The position numbers were made by a program, and so were the translations under genes. Under the pieces are notes generated by a model. It saw only the letters and a list, made by a program, of their open reading frames with translations. It did not search any database and was not told the origin of the DNA. Of a DNA stretch of 64,000 nucleotides, positions 28,001-40,446 are shown piece after piece (positions within the stretch are counted from its first letter, which is position 1; every line of letters starts with the position of its first letter). The stretch spans positions 10,912,001-10,976,000 of the forward strand of contig NW_027361697.1 in assembly GCF_039654945.1 (NCBI RefSeq), given 5' to 3'. The stretch comes from Dendrobates tinctorius (Eukaryota).

Positions 28001-31000
28001 ATAAATAAGAAGAAAACTGAATTGCTAACATTTCAATCAAAAACACTATTGAAAAGTAGGATTGTTAGCGACATTTACAAACTTTCTGCTCTTGGCATTA
28101 AACCAATCAATCATGAATAATAAGAGTAGCTCAACACAATTAGTACTGGAGTGAACCTAGAAGGTCATCATTGGAGCTCTCAATGTGGTCATCTGAGATG
28201 TCTCCCAGGCGGCATTTTGCCGTTCCCCGGCAGTGGGATTTGGCCATTTCGAGCTGGTGTTAGATTGAAAGCTCGCTCATAAAACATGTAAAAGGCCAAC
28301 TCCCTGAATTCAATCGCACTCACATCTTTCAGAGGCAAGTACAGTCGAAGCTCTGATCACTTCCGGGGTCAATGCAATGTCAGCCGAGTGATGAGGTTAC
28401 CTGATCACATTGCTGTTGTCACTGCTGCGTTACAGAGGAGTAGAAGATGGCCATAAGTTAAGCGTTCCAATGAAGCATGAGAAATGGTAGTTTTTTTTGG
28501 GGGGGACAGTCTGGGGGATGGTGAGTGTGAGGGGGTATAGTATTGAGACTAAGCAATGTGGGAGAGGACAATATAGAATGGGAGAGAGTGAAGGACAGTG
28601 TAAGGGGACAATATGGGGGGAAGTTGTGAGAAAGGGGCATAGTATAGCGACTGGATATTATGAAGGGACAAGATTACAGACAGTGTAAAAAGGCATCAGC
28701 GTGGGAGAATAGTATGAGGGCACAGTATGGAGTAGAAAGTATTTAAATCAGTTAAAATTTAAGAGACGGGACACAATATAGAGTCTGGACACAGTATGGG
28801 ACGCAGTATAGAGAGGGGGCAGCATGGGTGGGCAGTGTGAGAGCAAAGTATGGAGGGGAGAAAATGTAGAAAGGGGGTGAGTGTGAGGCAGGGTCACACT
28901 ATAGAGACTTGGCAGTATGGGACGACAGTATGAGGCACAGTACAAAGAGGGAGCAACAAAGAGGGACTGTATGCTGGCACAGTATATGGGATAGTTTGCA
29001 GAGGGGAAAGTGTGAGTAGTGGGTACAATATAGAGACTAGGCTGTATGGGGGGTACACAGTATGACGGGACAGTGTGAAAATGGTCCTCAGTTTGGGGAA
29101 GAAAACTCAAGATAGGGATAGTGTAGTTGTTATAGCTAGCAAAGGCAGACAGTGTCGTGGATATAGCTAATAAGGGCAAACAGTCTGGCAGTTATAGCTA
29201 ATTAGGGTGGACAGTGTGGTGGTTATAGCTAATTAGGTTGGACAGTGTGTAGTGGTAGTTATAATTCATAAGGCGGATGGTATGCAGGCAATATTTTATT
29301 GGACAGGAGAGTGTGGAGGCCATGTTCAATAAGTGTGACAGTGTGAGGAACACATTTTGTGCAGGAGGCATAGTGAGAGGCAATTACTTATTCAGGGGCA
29401 CAGCGTATGGCAAATATTTTTATGCAGTAGCATTATAATCACGCTGTTATTTTTAAGGGCAACAAGTCGGTGTTTGCTACAGAAGACCAGAGAAGATGTA
29501 AGGTTTCAGAGAAGTGCTTTGGATATAAAAAGTCATCATGGTGTCTAGACAAGATGTAGAAGAAAATAAAAAGAACAACTTCAATCAGAAGAGACATCAT
29601 CTATACAGTAACTGGATGTAAATGTTAATTTGTGATGCTGACTACATCTCATTAGTACTGTGGTTCCTGTAGGGTCCACCATCTGATAATGACTGTTAAC
29701 AACTCCCAGTATCTCTTTACCATTATTTAGAACATACTGGGATTATTAGTTTCATGTGATACAATTGTATATGGGACTGAATTGACATTGCAATTGATCA
29801 TTGTACTAAGCTTGGCGATGTGTTCATGTACTGATGGTGGATCTGGTGACGTATTCATGTACTGACAGTGATTCTGGTGCTATTTTCATATACTTACGGT
29901 AGCTTTATTGCTGTGTTCATGAACTGATGATGGTCCTAGTGATGTATTTATGTACTGATGGTGTTTCTAGTGATGTATTACTGAACTGATTATGGTTGTG
30001 ATGCTGTATTTCTGTACTGATGGTGGTTCTGATGCTGCATTCCTGTACTGATATTTGTTCTGATTCTGTACTTGTGCAACAAATCATAACTTGTCAGATA
30101 ACGTGATACATGGATTTGTTAATAAAGTATTGAGCCGTCTGACAAATTAAGGATTACTACATCTGTATTTATGTTAAGTGAGTAAGTATGCAAATTATAT
30201 ATATACTTACATCAGTCATTGCTTGAGATAAAACACATTGACTATTTGGACTGGCTAGGGATTTGTTGACTTTTGACTTCTGATTGCATGTTAGAAATAT
30301 GGCTAGGGCTATGTTCACATATTGTGTTTTTGATGCATTTATTTCAGCAGGCAAAACCTGCTCTCTTGGCAGTAAGCAAAAAAAGCAGGTTTTGATTAGT
30401 TTCTGTTGTGTTTTTTGCTGCATTTTTGTGCGCTCTTTTCCTGCGTTTTTGGCATGGTACATTTGTCTCTTGTGCGTGCTGATAAAATTTAGGGTATAAA
30501 AAAATATCTGATTCTACCTCATAAGGTTTTGGCACCAAAAATGCAACAGAAACTGATGAAACCTGCGTTTTTTCAGCATTTCTTCAGCAGTTTTTGCACC
30601 ACCATTGCTTTCAATGGGTCATATACGTTATGCTGAAAAAACGCTGAAAGAAGTGACATGCTCCATGCTGCAAAACCCAAGGGTTTGCATAAAATACTGA
30701 GGACAGAAAAGCAAGCTGTGTGCATTACATTGCTGAAATCTCATAGACTTTGCTGGTCCTTGAAAACGCAGCTGAAAATTTGCAGAAATAAAAAACGCTC
30801 CAAAAATCAGTTAAATAAACGCATCATGCGAACATGGCCTAAGTCAAGTTTTCTGATCCAGCTATAAGGTAATTTAATATAGTACTGCACTTATATTAAC
30901 TGCGTAAATAATTATGATGTTGCACATTTTCGTATTTATCTACTGTAGGCTATAGTGTTTTAGAACATTTAAAAACAAATCTTACCAAAAATGTAATGGT

Positions 31001-34000
31001 GGTTTCGACTGATTTGGTCACTTTATCCAGTTCAGACTAGTACCATAAGAATAAGAAGTAACTTATCGTTAGACTGTTATTATTTCAGTTATTAACATGT
31101 ATTATAATAGTTGCATTTCTGTTGTCCGTGCTCTTCTTATTTTATATTGCATGATCAACACAATTGTGTATTTTATTATTGGTCCAATTTAATATTCACA
31201 CATAGTAATTTGAAGTAGATACAATAAACTATTATCAAAACATTTAGTAAAATAATGCTTATATCCTGAATGCTGTCCTCTCTGAAGACACAGAATGAGG
31301 AACTAGTGAGCACGCAATGGATGAGGCTCTCATCTTCTGGATGTACCCTCCCACTATGGTATGAATGCCACTGCTGTGGTCATAAAGATGGCAACCTCGC
31401 CTGGAGATTTATTGTGAGTACCTCCTTTCTCAGGGCCAGTACAAGCAATTTATCTGCTTAACTTTTAATGTAAATCAGAGGTTCACATGCTTCAGATGAG
31501 GTCCGCTATGCCATTCCGTGCAGCCCCCAACCATCTGGTTACAGAAATGCTTGGCCTGCGTGCAACTATTTTTGCACGTAGATTCCATGAAAAAAAGGGT
31601 TAGTAGTAGTGATGAGCGAGAATACTCGTTTCTCGGGTTTTCCCGAGCATGCTCGGGTGGTCACCGAGTAGTTTGGCTTGCTCAGAGATTTAGATTTCGT
31701 CGTCTCAGCTGCATAATTTGCGACTGTTGGACAGGCTGAATACATGTGAGGAATGCCTGTTTGTTAGGGAATTTCCACATGTATTCAGCTTGTCTACAAG
31801 TCGCAAATCATGCAGATGAGACGACGAAAACTAAATCTCCGAGCACGCCAAAATACTCGGAGACCACTTGAGCATGCTCGGGAAAACACGAGAAACGAGT
31901 ATACTCGCTCATCACTAGTTAGTAGTCATTTATGTAATATAAATTTTAGGAGTATGGGGGTCCCTTGGCCTTTTTGTTACTCCAAGAAGATGTATATGAG
32001 TTCTACATCTGGCCATCTATACTTGTAGCTCTCCATCTTGTAGTTTATGGCATTTACGTTTACAATGGGGAGAGTCACGTTCACACATGGCCTTCCCCTC
32101 TCCAAAGAGCTGGCTGGTTTTCAGATTCCTAGCTGTCAGCCAATTAATTTTGATTTGCCGGAAATGTCTCCGATGGAAAGACACTTATAGGTTATATTTT
32201 GGCCCTTCGAAGCGATTCAACGTGACATTGTGACCCTCGGATCAGAAACGGTTGTACATCCTGGCTGTAATATTTTATCCAGACTGTAGAATTATGTCTA
32301 GAGGTAGACTATAATATTAAAGCATTTATCGATGGTGCTATGTATTACTAAGTTTCACACTTATTTAGTGATGATCATTCGTTATTTATGTGGTTCATAA
32401 ATCTAATTTAGACTAGATTTGACTGGCGTTTGTGATTACGATATGAGTGAGGTTTATTAGAAACCTATTACTGTGAAACCTTTCCCTCTTTGAATATAGA
32501 CAAAAAAAAAGACTTGAGTCGGATAATGTATATTTTTAGGGAAAATTTTGAAATTGATTTGATATATAACTTTTTAATGATTGAAATAAAGAGTATGTTT
32601 TAAATGATTTCATTGAAGATACAGCACTTAAATCGGTGATTTGACAAAAACTGAATTCTGCAAATTTGCTTAAATTCAGCCAAGAAATTCAATTCACATT
32701 GTAAAAAGAGAAAAAAAATGTATTATGCTGTGAGGTCTCCCAACCTCAGAGCATAATAAGCAGATAAAAAGCAATACCATAGCATACATAGCCCGTTACC
32801 TGTCCCTGCCACCGCAGCTCCTCACCCGTCCTCCACTAGCTTCTAAAGGCACCTGATCCACTTCATCACCAGTCTCCTCTTCATCGGTCATGATGCCATT
32901 TCATGTGTTGTCTGATGCATTCACGTGAGGCAGTGAATGTCATGATATCACAACATGCATTTAAGCCTACCTGGTGTAAAAAACTATGGCAAAGAGTGAA
33001 TCTGAGACCGGCACTGGAGATGATGGGTGTCTTAAGAAGCCATGAAGCCATTGGAGGACTGGCGAGGAGCTGCGGTGACCAGAACAGCTGAGGGGCTTAC
33101 TGAGCATATTTATTGCTTTAAACCCCTTCCAAGCCCATATAAACTCAGCAAACTGGCAGCTGGCTGGCCATCATTTTGCTGGGTTTGTACAAATTGACCT
33201 CCCAAATCTTCAGATTCACTCAAATTTGAGGAAATTTGAATCAAATTCGATTTGGAGTGACTCATGAAAATGTTTGAAACGAAAATATCAGCCTATCAAA
33301 ACTCAGCATTGATTTTGTACTCTGCTTTTAAAAAATGTAAGCTGCGTTGTGATTGGTTGGTACGGGCAGCAGAACACAGATCATCATGATGCCATTGAAA
33401 CACAGTAAAAGGTCTTGTGTGAATCTAACATTATAATAGAAAGTGACCGAAAATTTACATGGACAGCAACCAATTTATGGATGTCACCCACACACGGTGT
33501 CAGACTGGGGTACCAAGGGTCCACCAGTAACCAACTCCAGGGCCCCACTTTTCAGCTTCATGCAAATGTGACATTATCCTCAATCACAAATTTATATAAC
33601 AATAAACTGGGTATATTGTTAAATGAATAAGATGCTGCCTCAGTCTGTACATAGTGATGCAAGTATGTTGTGCCAAGTACTGATCACCCACTCTTGCACA
33701 GCGGCCCACCGGAGGATTTTCCTGTTCTCCTGTGGGCCAGTCTGAGCCTCCCCACACAAATGGGTCCTTGTCCACCTGGGACTTCCATTAGCAGTAGAGC
33801 TTTGCAATTACAGATTAATCCACAAAGTATAGTAGATTATTATATTATATTGTAATTACTGTATCATCATATTTAACAACACATGTAGTGTGAAATAAAG
33901 TGAATTACCTCTTCATGCCTACTCTTGCAGACATTTCCAGCAAGTGAAGTAAGCAACTCATCTGATTTCTATTAAAATACAAAATGATAAAAGATTAATA

Positions 34001-36019
34001 TAATACAGTTAAATATTACAGTATGTAGTATATATAATAATGTAAAATTGGTACATATTTGGAGATTATTGAATGTTATGCCTAGAAGAAAAGAACAAGC
34101 TTTAACATTAGGGACATTTTTTTAAACTTAAATGCTGCATATATTTTGGGCTAAAAATTAATATTCCAGTTGGGTTTCTTTAAAAAAAAATTTCACACGT
34201 TGTGTTTTTTTATGCTTTTTTCCACAGGCAAAAGCTGCTCTCTTGGCAGAAAGAAACTTGGGTCAAAAAGCAGGTTTTGCTTAGTTTTTGTTGCATTTAT
34301 TCCTACATTTGTCTCTTGTGCATGCTGATAAAGTTTAGTGCATAAAAAAATCTGTTTCTACTTCATCAGGTTTTAGCAATAAAAACGCAGCAAAAATTGA
34401 TGCCTAAGTTTTTTTAGCGGTTTTTTTGCACCACCATTGCTTTCAATGGGTGAAATATGGTGAAAAAACACTGAAAGAAGCGACATGCTCCATTCTGCAA
34501 AACCCAAGGCTTTGCACAAAATACTGAGGACAAAAAAAAAACAAGCTGTGTGTATGAGATTTCTGAAATCTCATAGACTATGCTGGTACTGTAAAACGCA
34601 GGTGAAAATTTGCATGGAAGAAATGCTGAAAAAAACGCAACGTGTCAACATAGCCTTATAGCCTCAATTTCACTATTTAAAGTTGAGTTAAAAGAAAAAA
34701 TACCTCGAGTGAGCTCAGACATTTTTTTATGTCTAAACCTAATTTGTCCATGTCTAAATCAATGCCGTATCCTGAAAGGAAAAAAAAGAACAATTAAAAA
34801 AATATTTATTACAAGACCTAATAAATATAGCAAGCAAAATAATATCACAGCTTGTTACATTCATAACTTTCACGTTTCTGCTTTCAAACTATTATATGAC
34901 GCTTGCTCCCTTGAACAAATAGTTGTTTGTAAATATAATATTTTGCTGGTACATTGTTAACTAGATAATATTAGGTGTTAGATAGTAGTTTATGAAAATT
35001 GTACTATTGTTCTAATAAAAATCAGCTCTCCATTCTACTTGGCCCAATGCTACCAAAAACAAATGGTAGTGGGAGCTCTATTGGAAATTTTGCCCAAGCT
35101 TTAAGTTACATCACTGTCCGTTAGGTTTGTGGTGGTCTTGTTATTTTACTATCTGCATAAACAAAGCTGCAGTGTAAAGTATGGACTATTGGCAGAACAG
35201 CGGCCTATAATTAAGCAGAGGCTGGCACAGGGGCGGACATATCATTGGTGCAACCTGTGCACAGGGGTCCACGAAGTAAGGGGGCCCATTTCTGCCTCCC
35301 AAACAGGTAAAATTTTGTATTATGAGGAGCTATTGGACTGCGAAGGGCCCATATATCATTCAGCACAGGGGCCCTCTTCTGCATTTGCCAGTGGGCTGGC
35401 AACATTGTTCAGGGCTATGTGCTAATGTATAAGACCTAAAAATCAGCCAAGCAGCCAACAATGATGTCAATAAATAGAAGGTAGCTAGAAACCAGCATAT
35501 AACTTTCCAGACCGCAAATGGATATAAGAAATCACCAGTTTTTGCTCTTATATTTTTCCTGCTGCTTCCCTGACGAGTCTGTTTTTTATTTATTTTTTTT
35601 TAAATATGCTCAGTGATATGGGCATTTTTATCTAATGCTAATTTTAATGGTCTTTGCCAAAGGAGCATAGCTCACAGGGTAATAAGGCAGAGTAGCCTAA
35701 AGACACACCCCTGAGGATCCCGTAAGCCATGCTCTCTTGGTAAAGACCATAAAACTTAGCACAAACTAAAAAGAACTATATATCTAGAGTTAAAAAAAAA
35801 TGTACTCAGGGGTACAAAGGGAATAAAAAAGAACAAAATATGATCCCATTGTCCACTGTGATTTTAAGTGTAAAGACATTAATTTAGCTCCTTAATATAT
35901 TAATGTAATGTATAACATGTATAATATATCAATAAGTGGCTTACAGTAAATCTATCAGATATCTTACCACTGCTGAAGAGGCCGAGACCAACCAGCAAAA
36001 AGATGGCAATGTTCTTCAT
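13060..36019 (-). CDS. Lv-ranaspumin (Lv-RSN-1)-like secreted 8-Cys helical protein, 235 aa, 15 coding exons: join(complement 36019-35968,34771-34704,33968-33909,31036-30986,27990-27946,25696-25643,23685-23632,21228-21184,19985-19974,17708-17673,17348-17304,16114-16073,15265-15197,14387-14343,13089-13060)
   Basis: Manually spliced; all introns GT-AG with pyrimidine tracts; 708 nt open frame: MKNIAIFLLVGLGLFSSGYGIDLDMDKLGLDIKKCLSSLEKSDELLTSLAGNVCKSRHEESELDKVTKSVETTITFLDDHKCLPEPLRGLEIAEMAKEKLDELKELLKRIVSDEIAVLEPAMDKVCEMLDPVWRAKCLHELIQVSGKTLKDILTHWKCQPGDSQNIDLKMKKLLGKLQCSIAELIKDLKILPEETVKSVNKILSFVIDSILNELSNHFGNDIICTVDNVLSVANL*. Signal peptide, 8 Cys, VC-x9-KCL and ILSF motifs match my recollection of Lv-RSN-1. 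The gene model is more certain than the family call. Confidence 0.85.
14343..14387 (-). CDS. Ranaspumin-like exon 14 (NELSNHFGNDIICTV)
   Basis: ttttcttttcttttttacag| ... GTG|gtgaga; 45 nt; supplies the eighth Cys. Confidence 0.85.
15197..15265 (-). CDS. Ranaspumin-like exon 13 (KILPEETVKSVNKILSFVIDSIL)
   Basis: atatttttcag| ... CTG|gtaatt; 69 nt. Confidence 0.8.
15934..16008. mobile_element. Tiny (~75 bp) Tc1 deletion derivative consisting of TIR ends only
   Basis: ctgctcaaaaaaataaaggg ... ccctttattttttgagcag; same termini as the Tc1 at 39354-40446. Confidence 0.7.
16073..16114 (-). CDS. Ranaspumin-like exon 12 (GKLQCSIAELIKDL)
   Basis: ttgctttgtgtttcag| ... TTG|gtaaga; 42 nt. Confidence 0.85.
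16244..16750. repeat. 21-22-bp GC-rich minisatellite (gagctgccgcctcaccaccacc), followed by an L2-like 3' tail to ~16942
   Basis: About 23 tandem units; tail tgtacagcacaatggaattaatggcgctatataaataaataata. Confidence 0.8.
17304..17348 (-). CDS. Ranaspumin-like exon 11 (PGDSQNIDLKMKKLL)
   Basis: poly-T tract then atag| ... TTG|gtaaga; 45 nt. Confidence 0.85.
17673..17708 (-). CDS. Ranaspumin-like exon 10 (TLKDILTHWKCQ)
   Basis: tttgtttgtttcag| ... CAG|gtaatt; 36 nt. Confidence 0.85.
19974..19985 (-). CDS. Ranaspumin-like exon 9, 12-nt micro-exon (VSGK)
   Basis: ccttttcttctgttctttcag|GTCTCTGGCAAG|gtgaat. Confidence 0.7.
21184..21228 (-). CDS. Ranaspumin-like exon 8 (LDPVWRAKCLHELIQ)
   Basis: ttttctttacag| ... 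CAG|gtaaga; 45 nt. Confidence 0.88.
23632..23685 (-). CDS. Ranaspumin-like exon 7 (VSDEIAVLEPAMDKVCEM)
   Basis: tttctatacctctag| ... ATG|gtaagt; 54 nt. Confidence 0.88.
25643..25696 (-). CDS. Ranaspumin-like exon 6 (AEMAKEKLDELKELLKRI)
   Basis: poly-T tract then ag| ... ATC|gtaagt; 54 nt; amphipathic helix pattern. Confidence 0.88.
27946..27990 (-). CDS. Ranaspumin-like exon 5 (DDHKCLPEPLRGLEI)
   Basis: ttatttatcattttacag| ... ATA|gtaagt; 45 nt; supplies the third Cys. Confidence 0.82.
30304..30842. mobile_element. Harbinger-type MITE; relatives at ~34190-34658 and ~17813-18473
   Basis: tagggctatgttcaca ... gaacatggcctaa termini; shared ctgaaatctcatagact...aaaacgcag blocks. Confidence 0.65.
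30986..31036 (-). CDS. Ranaspumin-like exon 4 (SELDKVTKSVETTITFL)
   Basis: ttcttattcttatggtactag| ... TTG|gtaaga; 51 nt. Confidence 0.82.
31607..31917. mobile_element. hAT-type MITE with 8-bp TSD GTTAGTAG
   Basis: TIR tagtgatgagcgag / ctcgctcatcacta; identical 8-mers at 31599-31606 and 31918-31925. Confidence 0.88.
33909..33968 (-). CDS. Ranaspumin-like exon 3 (KSDELLTSLAGNVCKSRHEE)
   Basis: ttttgtattttaatag| ... GAG|gtaatt; 60 nt. Confidence 0.85.
34704..34771 (-). CDS. Ranaspumin-like exon 2 (GYGIDLDMDKLGLDIKKCLSSLE), phase 1 to 0
   Basis: T-rich tract ending cctttcag| acceptor, GAG|gtattt donor; phase fits exon 1. Confidence 0.88.
35968..36019 (-). CDS. Ranaspumin-like exon 1 (signal peptide MKNIAIFLLVGLGLFSS-G), ends phase 1
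   Basis: acaATGAAG start, hydrophobic core, donor GTG|gtaaga; TATA box about 60 bp upstream. Confidence 0.9.
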
Positions 36020-36048
36020 TGTGCAGATTGGAGAGTTCACTTCAAGCT

Positions 36049-36082
36049 ACTGATGACTACCGGGCGCTGCACCTCATTTATA
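36049..36082 (-). promoter_or_regulatory. TATA box plus Inr of the ranaspumin-like gene
   Basis: TATAAA at 36082-36077; TCAGT Inr-like motif with A at 36051, 31 nt downstream; ATG at 36019. Confidence 0.75.
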
Positions 36083-37974
36083 CCGTTTATGTGCACTGAC
36101 ATCACCAAAGACAGAAGATGAGGAGATTGGCACCGTCATGTGCCAAAACCACAATCTCCTTTAACATTTAAAATTTATCAGCTATTGGCATTACTTAAAA
36201 CAATACACATTGGGAAATTTTCCAAATCCTCACTTTTCTCCAAGGGACTAAAATCAAAGTGTTATTTTTACCATTAATCCCTTCATTTGAGAACAGGATC
36301 CAATGCAACAAATGAATGGTCAGCAATCAGCATTATAACAGACAGTCAATGGTGAACTGTAAAGAATGTCCAGTCCATGATAAATGAAGGAATAGCGATT
36401 TTATTCTGGTTATGGTCGAGTATTTACTTTAAGAAAAATTAACAGACTCCATAAAGAGAATGTTACTGTCTAATGAAGAATTTAAGATTAAGATGCAATT
36501 CGTAGAATTTGCTACAGTTCCAATGGATCTCTATAAAAAAAAAAAGTACTGGATAACCCCTGCTTAATTAATTCAGAACCCCTTAAAAAATAAAAATAGT
36601 TCAAACTCATATCCCAAGGTGGAGCCATTACAGTAATGTTGGCACTACTGGTTCCACAGAGTGACATGATTTATTGTGTCATATATCGGCTGCAGCCAAT
36701 CAGCGATTGCTCATCAGCTGCAGCTCATCAATAATCCATCAAAGCGAACGTCCACTCTGATGAGCGAGAAAAGGCTGCAGCTGAGGATCGGCCGATCAAT
36801 GGCTGCAGTAGAACACGACACTACAATGAAACATCATCCTCCAGGAACAGCGGCGCTGACATTACTGGAACAGTGCCGCCGTTTTTATTTTGTATGTAGC
36901 ACCAGAAAAATCAATGGACCTGTAGTGTGCATAATCGACCTCTTGGGATCAGTAGGGGTTTTAGCCCTCGGACCCGCAGAAGTTGGGAATGTATCCATTA
37001 TCCCTCTTTTAAGTGTTTTTTTTTTTTAATCCTGTGTGTGCTCTCAGTATTTTAATAAAATGTGATATTTTCGTATCTAAAATATTTCTTTTTAGTTATT
37101 TATGCCTTCTATTTATTTTGCTTTTCTGCTCTCTTTCACTATGTGGTATAATTTAGAGGGATGGGAGGGATATGTTTATTATACACAACCATTTTCTTTT
37201 TTCTTTATATGCTATTTTTTTTGGTTCTGTCATGAGACCCCTTTTGTTCACTATTATTTCTCCACCTTTTTTTGATATGTTGCTGCTAGTGTGGCGCCCT
37301 GAAAAGACTTGTCGCAAATGTCTGTGAACTCTGATAGTATGAGAAGCCAGCTGTTCAGCCATTTTTACACATACACATAAGTAGTGTAAGTGTGAGGGGA
37401 ACCAGGGTCGTAGTTGTGGCTGACAAAGGCTGCTCAATCACACCCTGGTCTCCCACCACATACACATCATGTTCCCTTTGTAGCGTACCTGTCTCCTCGC
37501 TTTCCGAACTATCAGGGTCCTCTCGGATCTGTTGAGAGTTCACTCCTGTCGATTCCACGCAGAGAGAGACAAAGTCCAATTCCAACTTTAAACAAACAGC
37601 TTTACTTGAATCCATTCTCCGTACGTCCAATTCAGTTACACATAGGATTCAACACAGAATGAATCCTTCTCTTTCCCTTTGTCTTCCCTCACTTCTCCTG
37701 GAATGCCCCCTGGGTCATCCGATACTGCAGCCTTCCCTCTGTCCAGCTTAACTATCCTTAGTAGTTCCCCTGACAGTTTTGCCCCAGACATAAGGGCATC
37801 TACCCACATAGCTGCCACATCTTGGAGCTTCCCTGCATTCCTGTCCTACTGTGACTTCTGGCCCAGAGGCCCTGGATGACTGGGCTACTTGCTTAATCTT
37901 GCAGAGCTAATCGTCCTGTCCGGACTCCAAGACCCAACTGACTAAAATGCCGGGAACCTGCTGGCTTGCCAGTT

Positions 37975-39243
37975 TGGGATGAGAAATATATTTTTTTCTA
38001 ATCATAACCCCTTTTACAGTAATATACAACTATATGCTCGTTATATAGATGACCTGATCTTAATTTGGAAAGGTGATAAATCAGGAATTAAGGATTTCAT
38101 CAGTTATATTAATGGGAATGACTTCAACCTTTCATTCACATTTACTGTATCAGAACTGTCTATCAATTGTTTGGATGTGATTTTGTAAATTGCAACAGCA
38201 ATAAGGTTCAGGTTTATCCTTTTGGAAAGCCCACTGATACCAATTCAATTTTACAAGCCCGTTCATGCCACCCTAAACATGTTGTTCAAAGTATACCAGT
38301 AGGAGAATTAATAATGCTTAAAAGAAATTGCAATTCACCTACAACTTTCACTAAAGAGGCAAATCAGGCTGTATCTAGACTTAAAGATCGAGGATATGCT
38401 AACTGGATGTTGTTCAAAAGCGGAGAACTTTGTTAGCAAAATTGATAGAAATACCCTTTTGAATGAATCCCCCTCTATTTTTACATATAGTGGTGTCACT
38501 GCAAATAAAAGAAGAAAAAAAGGAGACATTTTAAAAGGTCTGAGAGTAATAATCATTATGGCTCTATTGTTAGTTTTTCTACTACATTCAGCCCGCAATA
38601 TAAAAAAATCATTGACATTGTAAAAACATTTGTGCCTATTTTATATAATGATAATACATTGGGTCAAAGTTTAAAAACACTCAGATTAGATATACTGCCA
38701 GAAAGGCTCATTCTGTGAGTGATATTTTGTCTCCGAGTTTTTTCTCTAGTAATAATAAAACAAAATAATACTTGGCTGTCATATTAGGGCTTTTACAAAT
38801 GCGGACATAATCCCTGTAAAGTCTGCAACTTTGCAACTAAGACTAGCAGATTTGTTTCTTGCACCACGGGTATATCATATCCTATTCAATCCCATATGAA
38901 CTGCAGTTCAGAGGGTGTTATATATCTAATAGAGTGCGTCTCTTGCAACCTCCAGTATGTGGGCTGCACAATAGGTTCCCTTCAGAGAAGAGTTAGGAAA
39001 CATTTGTGGGAAGCCACTAGCCAGAATTATAATATTTCAGCAGTTTTGAGCCATTGTAAAATAAAACATGCGGGTAATACTAACAGTCTCAAAGTTGTAG
39101 CGATAGAGAAAGTTTCCAAACCTGCTAGGGGAGGTGATTTTAGGAGAAAATTGCTAAACCGTGAATCCTTCTGGATTTTCAAATTAAACACACGAATACA
39201 GCTAGGTCTGAAGAGGCTTGATCTTATTTTACAATTAGATTGA
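37975..39243 (+). mobile_element. Degraded Penelope-like retroelement (RT C-terminus plus GIY-YIG endonuclease)
   Basis: YARYIDDLILIW, KPTDTNSILQARSCHP, NCSSEGVIYLIECVSCNLQYVG...LLNRESFWIFKLNT; frameshifts and stops. Confidence 0.88.
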
Positions 39244-39353
39244 ATCTGTCTCAAATATACGCTCTATTTTTGTGGCATTTTTTGTTAGTCCTAATTAATT
39301 CTGGTTGTTCCATTGAAAAAATGTTTTCTCTTTCCAACTTCAGCATGTGTATA

Positions 39354-40446
39354 CACTGCTCCAGAAATAAAGGGAACACTTAAACAACAGAAGTACTCCA
39401 AGTAAATCAAACTTCTGTGAAATCAAACTGTCCACTTAGGAAGCAACACTGATTGACAATCAGTTTCAAATGCTGTTGTGCAAATGGAATAGACAACAGA
39501 TGGAAATTATTGGCAATTATCACGACACACTCAATAAAGGAGTGGTTCTGCAGGTGGGGACCACAGACCACATCTCAGTATCAATGCTTTCTGCCTGATA
39601 TTTTGGTCACTTTTGAATGTTGGTTGTGCTTTCACACTCGTGGTAGCATGAGATGGACTCTACAACCCACACAAGTGGCTCAGGTAGTGCAGCTCATCCA
39701 GGATGGCACATCAATGCGAGCTGTGGCAAGAAGGTTTGCCGTGTCTGTCATCGTAGTGTCCAGAGGCTGGAGGCACTATCAGGAGACAGGCCAGTACACC
39801 AGGAGCCATGGAGGGGGCCGTAGGAGGGCAACAACCCAGCAGCAGGTCCGCTACCTCAGCCTTTGTGTAAGGAGGAACAGGAGGAGCACTGCCAGAGCCC
39901 TGCAAAATGACCTCCAGCAGGCCACAAATGTACATGTGTCTGCACAAACGGTTAGAAACTGACTCCATGAGGATGGTCTGAGTGCCCAACATCCACAGAT
40001 GGGGGTTGTGCTCACAGTCCAACACCGTGCAGGACGCTTGGCATTTGCCCCAGAAGACCAGGATTGGCAAATTCACCACTGGCGCCCTGTGCTCTTCACA
40101 GATAAAAGCAGGTTCACACTGAGCACATGAGACAGATGTGACAGAGTCTGGAGACGCCATGGAGAGCGATCTGCTGCCTGCAATATCCTTCAGCATGACC
40201 GGTTTGGCAGTGGGTCAGTGGGTCAAAGTAATTCTTTGGAGGGCTGCATGGTGTTGGGCTGTGAGCACAACCCCCATCTATGGACGTCAGGCACTCAGAC
40301 CATCTTCATGGAGTCGGTTTCTAACCCTTTGTGCAGACACATGCACATTTGTGACCTGCTGGGGGTCATTTTGCAGGCCTAAGTGGACAGTTTGATTTCA
40401 CTGAAGTTTGATGTACTTGGAATTATATTCTGTTTTTTAAGTTTCC
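39354..40446 (+). mobile_element. Tc1-like element with internal deletion and inverted segment
   Basis: TA-cactgctccagaaataaaggg ... tttttgagcagtg-TA; paired-HTH ORF ([16 protein letters not shown]); ~40240-40378 is a reverse copy of ~39900-40030. Confidence 0.82.
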
